Source: Alphaproteobacteria bacterium (GTDB taxonomy: Bacteria; Pseudomonadota; Alphaproteobacteria; UBA828). Taken from it: DNA of 64,000 nt. Shown piece by piece: positions 41,536-49,955 of the stretch. The notes beneath the pieces are model-generated. The model did no database searches. It saw only the letters and a list, made by a program, of their open reading frames with translations, and was not told the origin of the DNA. The position numbers were made by a program, and so were the translations under genes. The stretch lies in contig CAXXVO010000014.1 of assembly GCA_963422645.2 (NCBI GenBank), positions 288,001 to 352,000 of the forward strand. Reading direction: 5' to 3'. Every line of letters begins with the position of its first letter. The stretch's first letter is position 1.

Positions 41536-42093
41536 TCAGCCGTTGAAGGGGACATGGGCGACGCTGTCCTCGACTTCGATGCCGAGCACGGCGCAGAAGC
41601 TGCCGAGCAGCTGGTAGTAGCCAATCATCACCACGAGATCGACGAGCCCGGCGTCGCCGAGCGCCGCGCGTAGTTCCGCAACGAGCGCATCATCCACGTC
41701 CTGCCCGCTTGCCAGCAGGCGGCAGAGGCGGAGCGAAGGCCCGACGGGTGCGGGCTCCGCCTCGATCGCGCGCGTGCCCACGGCCTTGCGAAAGCGCTCG
41801 GGCACCTTGTGGATGTGATGGTCCCATTCGTAGATGTTGCCCACTGCCTGGGCGACGGTACAGATGACCATCTCGCGCAGGTCGTTATCGAGCGCCGAGT
41901 GCCAGCGCACATGCTCGCCCACCGACGCGACAGCCCTGAGCGCCTCCGGGCTTTGTCCCATGACCGCGAACATGTTGGGCATGAAGGCGAGCTTGCGGGT
42001 CTCGACCACGTGGTCCCAGATCGACACCTGCTCGGCTGAGAGGTCGGTTCGCTCCGCCCGCGGCAGGCGCGGGGCTGCGGCATAGCTGGTCAT
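41536..42093 (-). CDS. carboxymuconolactone decarboxylase family protein
   Basis: LREMVICTVA...YEWDHH...LVDLVVMIGYY. Confidence 0.8.
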   Translation of the reverse strand: MTSYAAAPRLPRAERTDLSAEQVSIWDHVVETRKLAFMPNMFAVMGQSPEALRAVASVGEHVRWHSALDNDLREMVICTVAQAVGNIYEWDHHIHKVPERFRKAVGTRAIEAEPAPVGPSLRLCRLLASGQDVDDALVAELRAALGDAGLVDLVVMIGYYQLLGSFCAVLGIEVEDSVAHVPFNG

Positions 42094-42214
42094 CGGATTC
42101 TCTCTTTCGTGTTTCCTCAGGCGCATCGCGCGCTCATGCGCGCGTTACCGCGCAGTCGCGCGCTACGGACCTGCGGTCCGGTTGTTCATATTTTCCCCGC
42201 CGAGATGACCCCGT

Positions 42215-43252
42215 TCAATCGGCGAACGCCTCGATCATCGCCTCGTGGTTGGCGAGCGATTCCTCGCGGTCGATGAAGGGCATCGGGCAGTAGAGCAGCA
42301 CGGTCTCGAACAACCCCTCGAAGCGGTCGAGCTGGCTGCGCACCTCGTCCGGCGTGCCGGCCAGCACCAGCGCGTCCACCATGTCGTCGGTCACGAGATC
42401 GGTCATGGCGGCAAGATCGGCGTGGGCCCAGGCGTCGCGGATCGCCATCTTCTCGCGCGTGAAGCCGGCGGGGTCGAGCACCTGGTCGAAATAGGGCAGG
42501 CAGGAATAGAACGCGATCGGCCCCCGCGCGCGCCGTCGGGCGCGCTCCCGGTCCCGGTCCACGGAGCAGACCTTCAGCGAGCAGAGCTCGATATCGGCGC
42601 GCGTCCGCCCCGCCTTGGCGAGGCCCTTGTCGATGTTCGGATGCACGATGCCGGTGAAGTAGCGCGGTGTGTTGAGCAGGTTCGCGAGCAGTCCGTCGGC
42701 GATTTCGCCCGTGAGCTGCAGCATCGCCGGCTGCACCGCGGCGAGGTAGACCGGCGGCGGTGCGCAGGGCGGCGCGAGCACCCGGCGGTAATCGCGGATC
42801 GTGATGATCTCGCCCTCGTACTCGATGGGCGCTTCGGGGCTCGCGGTCCACATCAGGCGGATCGCCTCGACGTACTCCCGCATGCGCCGAACCGGCCGGC
42901 GGTAGGGGAGGCCGTGCCAGTTCTCGTTCCACGCCGGCGGCGCGGTGCCGAGACCCAGCACGAAGCGGCCTTCGCTAAGCTCCGCCATGGACATGGCGCT
43001 GATCTCGGTAAGCGCCGGTGGCCGGGCGAAGACGGCGACGCTGGTGCCGAGGCGGGCGCGCTTGCACGTGGCTGCCATGCCGGCGAGCGGCACGAAGGCG
43101 TCGCGGCCGAGCTCGGTGGTCCAGAGGCTTTCTGCGCCCGCATCCTCGGCCTTGGCCGCGAAGTCGATGGTCTCGGCCAGAGTCAGGTTGTCGCCGCTGA
43201 AGAGCACGCCCCATTTCCACTTGCGGGCCATCGGCTTTCTCTCTCCGGTCAA
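42215..43252 (-). CDS. LLM-class flavin-dependent oxidoreductase
   Basis: GRFVLGLG, GEIADG, LAGTPDEV luciferase-like motifs. Confidence 0.88.
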   Translation of the reverse strand: MTGERKPMARKWKWGVLFSGDNLTLAETIDFAAKAEDAGAESLWTTELGRDAFVPLAGMAATCKRARLGTSVAVFARPPALTEISAMSMAELSEGRFVLGLGTAPPAWNENWHGLPYRRPVRRMREYVEAIRLMWTASPEAPIEYEGEIITIRDYRRVLAPPCAPPPVYLAAVQPAMLQLTGEIADGLLANLLNTPRYFTGIVHPNIDKGLAKAGRTRADIELCSLKVCSVDRDRERARRRARGPIAFYSCLPYFDQVLDPAGFTREKMAIRDAWAHADLAAMTDLVTDDMVDALVLAGTPDEVRSQLDRFEGLFETVLLYCPMPFIDREESLANHEAMIEAFAD

Positions 43253-44991
43253 CGCAGCTGGGCGCGGAGCGCCGCGGTGGCGGCCTCGTCGACGCCACCG
43301 TTGGCGGCGATCACCACGCCGTAGTCGCTGCAGGCCCGCTCTGCCGAGATGTAGCCGTCGGCGACATCGGCGGCCACCGAGTCTGCCGGGCGGGTGAGGG
43401 GGTTGCCGAAGCCGCCGCCGCCGCCGGTCACCACGGCGACGCGGTCGCCCTCAGCCAGCGCCTGAAAGGGGATGCGCGCGACCCGTTTGATGCTGCCCTT
43501 GCTCTCGATCCGCATGTAGTTGTTGGAGCCTTTGCCGCCCCCCTCAAGGCCCCAGGGGCGCTCGATGGAGCGGCCGATGCTGCAATAGGTGTGCGCTTCG
43601 TCGCCGGCCACCTCGAACTCGCGGACCACGCCGAAGCCGCCCCGGTGGCGGCCTGCGCCGGTGCCGTCCTCGACATTGAGGGCGTAGCGGCGGATGGCGA
43701 GGGGGAACTTAGCCTCGAAGAGCTCCACCGAGTAGTTGTAGGTGTCGCCGTCGGTGGTCGCGATCAGCGCGCTGGTGCCGTCGCCGGACGCGGTTGCGCC
43801 CCAGCCGCCAATGGCGGGCTCGATGTGGACGTAAACCTCGCCGCTCTCCGGGTCGCGGCCATAGAAATAGGTGCCAGCGAGGCTCATGTAGGAGCCCGCA
43901 CTGAAGCGCTCGGGCGCGACTTCCGCCAGCGCCTTCCAGGCAAGCTCGGAGGCGTGGGCCGAGCCTTCGTAGTACCAGCCGGTGGGCGCCGGCTTCTCGG
44001 CGGTGAACACCGTGCCCGGCGGGCAGATCAGGCTCACCGGGCGAAACCAGCCCTCGTTGGAGGGCGCCTGCGGGTCCACCAGAGACTTGAACACGGTCTT
44101 GACCGCCGAATCGAGGGCACCGAAGGCGCAGTTGATCGGCCCCTTGACCATCGGGCTGGTGCCGGTGAAGTCGAAGGCGATGGTCTCGCCCCGGATGCGC
44201 ACGGTGACCGCGACGTGGAAGCGCTCCTCGGTGATGCCGTCGCCGTCGATCCAGTCCTCGGCCCTGTAGTCGCCGTCCGGCAGTGCTGCGACCGCGGCCC
44301 GGCTCAGGCGCTCGCTGGTCTCCAGGATGTGGCCGAAGGTGGCCTCGATGGCGTGCTCGCCGTAGCGGGCGAGGACCTCGCGCAGCCGCGTCTCGGCGAT
44401 GCGCACGGCGGCGAGGCCGGCGTTGAAGTCACCCAGGGACTGCACCGGCAGGCGCACGTTCTCGCGGATCAGCGCGATCACGTCGTCGATGGTCTCGTCG
44501 TCGCGGCAGACGCGGATGCCGGGGAAGCGCACGCCCTCCTGGTAAATCTCGGTGGCGGTGGGCGAGATGCTGCCCGGCACGGCCCCGCCGACCTCGCTCC
44601 AGTGCGCCACGGAGATGGCGAAGGCAAAGAGGCGGTCGTCGATGAAAATCGGCTTGATCAGCGCGATGTCGCAGCTGTGTGTGCCGCCCTCGAAGGGGTC
44701 GTTGGTCATGAAGACGTCGCCCGGCCGCATGGTCTCGCCGTGGCGGCGCACGATCGAGCGAACCTGGGGCGCGAAGGTGCCGGTGAAGAGGGTGATGCCG
44801 TTGGTCTGCACGACGAGCTCGCCCTCCGCGTCACAGAGGCCGCAAGCGAAGTCGAGCACCTCGTAGATCACGGGGCTCATGGAGGTCTTGGCGATGACGA
44901 TGCCCATCTCGTCGGCAAGCGCGAGCAGCTTGCCGCGGATGATCTCGCGCGTGACCGGATCGGCGCCGGTCTCGTTATCGGGTGCAGTCAT
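43249..44991 (-). CDS. hydantoinase B / oxoprolinase family protein
   Basis: NDPFEGGTH, HWSEVGGAVPGS, GGGGFGNP. Confidence 0.9.
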   Translation of the reverse strand: MTAPDNETGADPVTREIIRGKLLALADEMGIVIAKTSMSPVIYEVLDFACGLCDAEGELVVQTNGITLFTGTFAPQVRSIVRRHGETMRPGDVFMTNDPFEGGTHSCDIALIKPIFIDDRLFAFAISVAHWSEVGGAVPGSISPTATEIYQEGVRFPGIRVCRDDETIDDVIALIRENVRLPVQSLGDFNAGLAAVRIAETRLREVLARYGEHAIEATFGHILETSERLSRAAVAALPDGDYRAEDWIDGDGITEERFHVAVTVRIRGETIAFDFTGTSPMVKGPINCAFGALDSAVKTVFKSLVDPQAPSNEGWFRPVSLICPPGTVFTAEKPAPTGWYYEGSAHASELAWKALAEVAPERFSAGSYMSLAGTYFYGRDPESGEVYVHIEPAIGGWGATASGDGTSALIATTDGDTYNYSVELFEAKFPLAIRRYALNVEDGTGAGRHRGGFGVVREFEVAGDEAHTYCSIGRSIERPWGLEGGGKGSNNYMRIESKGSIKRVARIPFQALAEGDRVAVVTGGGGGFGNPLTRPADSVAADVADGYISAERACSDYGVVIAANGGVDEAATAALRAQLR

Positions 44992-45123
44992 GCGTCCTCC
45001 CGCGGCGCGGGATTGTTCCTGAGCCGCTCGCGCCGCGCAAGCGATCCATGGCGCAGCGCGTCGCAGCGACGCTGCTCAAACGCCGGGGGACGAGACGCGA
45101 ATCGCAGACTGGGGTCAGCGCGG

Positions 45124-46023
45124 TCAGGCGGCGAGCAGATCGTCGATCCTGGTGCCGCACCAGCCTGCTTCGCGCTTGCGCCAATAGCTGTTCATCAGGC
45201 GCGAGGTGAGGATGCCGGGGGCGCCGTTGCCGAGCGGTTTGTCGTCGATTGCCGTCACCGGCAGGATGCCGCCCGCAGACGAGGTCACGAACGCCTCGTC
45301 GGCATTGCGCAGCTCGTCCGGGTGAACCGCACGGGTCTCGCAGGGCATCCCTTCCATCTCGCAGAGTTCGATCGCCGACCTGCGCGACATGCCGAGGAGG
45401 CAGTTTTCGTCGGGCGTGGCGCACACCCCGTCATTCACCACCCAGATGTTGTAGCCCGGCCCCTCGGCAAGATTGCCGTCCGGCCCGCACAGGACCGAAT
45501 CGTCCCGGCCCGCTTCGTAGGCTTCGTACTGCGAGTGAATCAGATCGGCCCAATGGAAATTCTTGTAGCGGGCATCGACGGCCTTGCTGGAAATCCTCTC
45601 GGTGTTTGCCAAATGCAGATTGACGCCGGCCTTCGACTTCTCCTCGCCCCACAGCCAGACGTAGGGGACGGCGTAACAGACGAATTGATTGTCGCAGAGC
45701 CGGGGATCGCGTGAATCTTCCGGATAGAGGCCGCGGGTGACGTGCAGGTGGATGTAGCTGGCATCATCCAGCCCCGCACGGCGCACGCATTCCGCCAGCA
45801 GTCGGGCGGTCTCGTCCTTGGAATATGGATTGGTCAGATAGAAGCCGGCGCAGGACGCTGCGAAGCGATCGAGATGCTCGTCCAGCTTGAAGATGTAGCC
45901 CTTCCATGACGTCGTGACGTCGTAGACGACATCGCTATGCAGGAAGCCGGTGTCGAAAATCGACATCTTGGCGTCGTCGAGCTCGACGAATTCGCCGTCT
46001 ATGTGGACACATCCGCCTGCCAT
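45124..46023 (-). CDS. class IV aminotransferase, (R)-amine transaminase-like
   Basis: GFLHSDVVYDV, YKNFHWADL (PLP Lys), EGPGYN; start uncertain (46023 or 46101). Confidence 0.85.
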   Translation of the reverse strand: MAGGCVHIDGEFVELDDAKMSIFDTGFLHSDVVYDVTTSWKGYIFKLDEHLDRFAASCAGFYLTNPYSKDETARLLAECVRRAGLDDASYIHLHVTRGLYPEDSRDPRLCDNQFVCYAVPYVWLWGEEKSKAGVNLHLANTERISSKAVDARYKNFHWADLIHSQYEAYEAGRDDSVLCGPDGNLAEGPGYNIWVVNDGVCATPDENCLLGMSRRSAIELCEMEGMPCETRAVHPDELRNADEAFVTSSAGGILPVTAIDDKPLGNGAPGILTSRLMNSYWRKREAGWCGTRIDDLLAA

Positions 46024-46113
46024 ATCAGCCTCCACTCTCATCGCACGACGTGGTCCCGTCGCGTTCGGCTCGACGGTAGCGAGCGGCGATGGAAGGGACA
46101 AGCGCAGCCGCCG

Positions 46114-46833
46114 TCAGACAGCCGGCGGGACCAGGCGTTCCACTACCTCGTCGGCCGTCATCACGTCGCCGTATGACGCGAGGCAGACGGCGTAGGTCCA
46201 GGCATCCTCTTCCGCCGAGCGGCCGCCGTTCGCGTCCGAGATCAAGATGGTCTTGAAGTCGTAGGCGGCGGCCTCGCGCGCCGTGGTCTCGCAGCAGACG
46301 TTCGTGACCGTGCCGACGATCAGGACCGTGTCGACGCCTAGATCGTGCAGCACGCGCTCCAGGCGCCCCTGGCTGCCGATGAAGCCGCCGAAGCGGTTCT
46401 TGTGAACGACCGGATCGGCGTCGCCCACGTCGAGCGCCGGCCAGATGGCGTGGCCGGCTGCACCCTCGCTGAGGCCGGCGCGAAAGACCGCGGCTGCCTC
46501 TTCACCCAGGATCGTGTCGAGGTTGGCCCAGTTCCTGTCTTCCTCCGGCCCGTAGGTGGAGACCACCCAGACCACGTGGCCGCCGCTCGCCCGGAGCGCG
46601 CCGGCCAGCCGATTGACCGTGGGCACGATCGCCCTGGCGTGCGGGATCTCGGACGGGCTGCCCTCGCGCATGAAGTGGACCTGCAGGTCCACCACCAGGA
46701 GCGCCGTGCGCGCCGCGTCCAGGCTCTCGTAGGCGTGAAGCCGGCCGCGCCGGCGCAGCACGCGATCGATGACGCGCTGGGGGATGTGGGCCGGCTCCAT
46801 GGCGTGCTCCCGTATCCGACTCGCCGCTGACAT
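46114..46833 (-). CDS. isochorismatase/cysteine hydrolase family protein
   Basis: ALLVVDLQ, KNRFGGF, GTVTNVCCETTAR. Confidence 0.88.
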   Translation of the reverse strand: MSAASRIREHAMEPAHIPQRVIDRVLRRRGRLHAYESLDAARTALLVVDLQVHFMREGSPSEIPHARAIVPTVNRLAGALRASGGHVVWVVSTYGPEEDRNWANLDTILGEEAAAVFRAGLSEGAAGHAIWPALDVGDADPVVHKNRFGGFIGSQGRLERVLHDLGVDTVLIVGTVTNVCCETTAREAAAYDFKTILISDANGGRSAEEDAWTYAVCLASYGDVMTADEVVERLVPPAV

Positions 46834-46899
46834 TCTGACCCGGTCGGCTCGTCTGCGAAACGAGTGGAGCTTCGGTCGAGGTCGGCGAGTATCCGGCCC

Positions 46900-47727
46900 T
46901 TATTCGCAGACCACCCCGTCACCGTCCCCGTCGCGCATGAAGGGATAGGCCGGATGGTCGCGCGGCACGGGCGCGATGCCGTGGCTTCGCGCCTCCGCGC
47001 ACGTGATGCGGCCGTTGCGATTGTCGTCGTAGAGAGCGAGTACTTCGGACGACGGGGCAGAGCGGGCGGGCTCGGGCGCCGACGGCGTGGTGGGCTCGGG
47101 CGCCTCAAGGTCGGTAAAGACGGTGGGGCCGTCCGTCTCAAGGTTGGTATAGACGATGTCGGTGGTGGTGCAGTCCGAGAGGACGCGCTGCAGTGCGAAG
47201 GCCTCATCACGGTCAACGGTCAGGGAATACTTGAACTTGACGGTGATGACGCGCGAAGCGAACCAGCACTGGTTCACGGCTGGCAGCCAGTCCGCAGCGT
47301 CGTGGGCGCACTTGCCGGCGCCGCTGCAGCGGTTCACCTCGGGCGCGGCCAGGGTCAGGTTGAGCAGGTCGGAGGCGAAGCGGCGCCGAACTGTTTGGTC
47401 GGCGGCGCAAAGCCCGCTGTCATGACCCTCGGAGACGGCAACGATGTGCTCGATGTCGGTTCGGCCCGTGCTCAAGAAGTAGCGCCCCGTGTAGGGCCCG
47501 TAAATTCTGCCTCCCATGGCGGCGACGATCTCGGCCTCGACCGACGACGAATAGGGGTAGTCGTCCCGGTCGTAAGGTGCGCAGCGATGCTCCGGCGCGG
47601 TGACGAGGCCGCCCCAGGTCTCGGCGCCGAGGGCCTGACCGCGATCGGCGATGCCGGCGATTACGATCGCAAGCACGGCAAGCAACATTGCCGCCGAGCG
47701 GCAGGGGACCCCGTATTCTCGTGACAT
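46900..47727 (-). CDS. secreted HNH-like nuclease with C-terminal excalibur Ca-binding domain
   Basis: Signal-like hydrophobic N-terminus, DIEHIV...NLTLAAPEVN, C-terminal DGDGDGVVCE. Confidence 0.75.
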   Translation of the reverse strand: MSREYGVPCRSAAMLLAVLAIVIAGIADRGQALGAETWGGLVTAPEHRCAPYDRDDYPYSSSVEAEIVAAMGGRIYGPYTGRYFLSTGRTDIEHIVAVSEGHDSGLCAADQTVRRRFASDLLNLTLAAPEVNRCSGAGKCAHDAADWLPAVNQCWFASRVITVKFKYSLTVDRDEAFALQRVLSDCTTTDIVYTNLETDGPTVFTDLEAPEPTTPSAPEPARSAPSSEVLALYDDNRNGRITCAEARSHGIAPVPRDHPAYPFMRDGDGDGVVCE

Positions 47728-48077
47728 GGCGATACCCCGCATGAATTTTAGTAACTGCCCAGGTACCCCCTCTCTCTTATGGAACAAGCCAGTTCCTTTT
47801 GCGTCAACGCCCCCACGCCGCGGGGGTGCCTACTCTCTTGAGCGCGAGAGGATGATGAACGCCGCGTCGCGAACAAGATGAGAGGACAGCGATACTCAGG
47901 ATGAGCCGGAGAAGTTCAGGAGCGCAGTATAGGGATCAGCTGCATCGGTTCCGGGTGCGCCAGGATTTGCAGGATGTTCCAGCCTTGCTTTCGAGCGGTG
48001 ACGATGACGCTGCGCATTCCGGCGAAGTTGCAGGCGCCTTGCAGGGAGCGGAAGCCGCCTGAGATCTTCTCATGCAC

Positions 48078-49847
48078 TTGCCGTGAAACAGATTCTGGCG
48101 AGGGACGCGCGGTGACGCTCCAACCCCGAGGTCACGGCGTTGGCTGAGACCGCCAGGGTCGGCGCGGCGGAGACGAGCGGTGGACTTCCCCGATGTGGTC
48201 CGAAGCGGTCCCGCGTAGCCGGCTGACGAGATGCGGGCCGCTCAGGCGGCCTTGAGTTCCGCGCCTACGGGCTCGATGTAGCCGTAGCGGCGGAGCATGC
48301 GGATCCACCGAGGAGCGTTGCGCTTGACCATCAGAGCGTCGTAGTCGGCCGTGCGGTCGTAGTAGGGCCTGCCGGTCTTGAGCACCACATAGATGATGCG
48401 CAGCATCTTGTGAGCGCCGGCGACGATGGCGCGCTTGTAGCCGCGCCGGGCGGCGAGGGCGCGGTGATGAGCCTCGAACTGGCACCCCTTGGTTCGGGCC
48501 GCGCCGTGGGCACACTCGACGAGGCAGGCGCGCAGGGTCTTGGAGCCCATGCGGGTGCGTGCGTTGCGGCGCTTGCCCCCGCTCTCGTTGTTGCCGGGGC
48601 AGAGCCCGGCCCAGGCGGCGAAGTGCTCCTTGGAGGCGAACACGCCGATGTCGGGGCCGATCTCGATGAGGATGGTCGAGGCGGCGGTGCGGTCGATGCC
48701 GGGGATGGTGGTCAGCAGACGGAGCTGCTCCTCCCACGGTGTCATCTGCCCGTCGATCTTCCTGGTGTAGGACGCGATGCGCGCCTCAAGCGCGTCATGC
48801 TCCTCCAGCAGGTCGTTGAGCATGAAGCGGTCGTTGTCGCCCAGGCTCAGGGTGAGCGCCTCGCCGAGCCCCTCCAGCTTGTTCGCAACGTGGCTGGTGA
48901 GCGAGGCGAGGATGACCTCGCGCGCCGTCCCCTGCGCCAGGCCGTCGAGGATCTTCCGGCCGTTGACGCCGAAGACGTCGGAGAGGATGCCGCCGATGCG
49001 CGCACCGGCGCGGTCGATGATCTTCTGCACGCGGTTGCGCACGGCGGAGCGCTGCCTGACCAGGACGCGGCGCTGGCGGCTCAGTGCGCGCAGCTCCCGG
49101 AACGGCTCAGGCGGAACGTGGGAAGGCGTGCAGAGCCCGAACTGGCACACGCAGGCCAGCCACACGCTGTCCGCCACGTCGGTCTTGCGCCCCTTCAACT
49201 GCTTCACCTGACGCGCATGCACCAGGATCGCCTCGAGCCCGGCCGCCTCCAGGGCCGCGAAGGGCGCCTGCCAGTAGACCCCGGTCCCTTCCATCACCGC
49301 AGCCTCGACGCCGTGACCGGTCAGCCACGCGACCATCTCCTCCAGACCGCTCGGCAGCGTGCCGAAGCAGCGCGTCTCCACCACCGGCTCACCCTCGCCC
49401 TCACAGAGGCGAACCGTCGCGGTGATCTCCATCTTGTGCACGTCCAGACCCGCCGCGCGCGGCCGGACGACGTGCAAGCCTTCCGTCTTCATCGCCTTCC
49501 TCCTCATTTGCGCTCTCGCCACGGCGGCGTACGATCACGCCGTGGCATCGCCACGGTGGAGGCGGGGACAGCGGTCGGAAGAACACGCATCCGACGAGCG
49601 GGTGCGGTGCAATTTGCCGCGCGTCCACGGCCACGGGCCGGGTACAATACGGGGTGCGGAGCCGGCCGCCGGAAGCAGTTTTGTCATCGGGAACTACGTC
49701 ACCGATATAACGACGCTCACACGTCCCCACCTCCGCCAATACCCATCCTGACACGGCAAATGGGTGCAAGCGCAAGGAAAACGTCAGCCGAACCGCTCCT
49801 GTTTCATGCCACGGGGTGGCTCAGAACCGCGGGGACCATGACTGTTT
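48078..49847 (-). mobile_element. IS110 family element, copy 2
   Basis: Reverse complement of copy 1; the empty target CATGCACTTTGTTCATACGG is visible at 53521-53540. Confidence 0.95.
48242..49492 (-). CDS. IS110 DEDD recombinase/transposase
   Basis: Identical protein to 29407..30657. Confidence 0.95.
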   Translation of the reverse strand: MKTEGLHVVRPRAAGLDVHKMEITATVRLCEGEGEPVVETRCFGTLPSGLEEMVAWLTGHGVEAAVMEGTGVYWQAPFAALEAAGLEAILVHARQVKQLKGRKTDVADSVWLACVCQFGLCTPSHVPPEPFRELRALSRQRRVLVRQRSAVRNRVQKIIDRAGARIGGILSDVFGVNGRKILDGLAQGTAREVILASLTSHVANKLEGLGEALTLSLGDNDRFMLNDLLEEHDALEARIASYTRKIDGQMTPWEEQLRLLTTIPGIDRTAASTILIEIGPDIGVFASKEHFAAWAGLCPGNNESGGKRRNARTRMGSKTLRACLVECAHGAARTKGCQFEAHHRALAARRGYKRAIVAGAHKMLRIIYVVLKTGRPYYDRTADYDALMVKRNAPRWIRMLRRYGYIEPVGAELKAA

Positions 49848-49955
49848 TGTTCATACGGATGTCACGCTCCGCCTCGTTATTCGTGAACGGCGTGCGCAGG
49901 TCGGTGAGGAAGCGCAGGCAGCCCTCCTTATGCTTTTGAAGGCGGCGCGCGAGGT

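Larger units (their letters stand above)
47751..49955 (-). mobile_element. 3' end of IS66-B, interrupted by IS110 and truncated by the unclassified IS
   Basis: 47751-48077 and 49848-49955 match the right end of 53201..55708. Confidence 0.9.
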
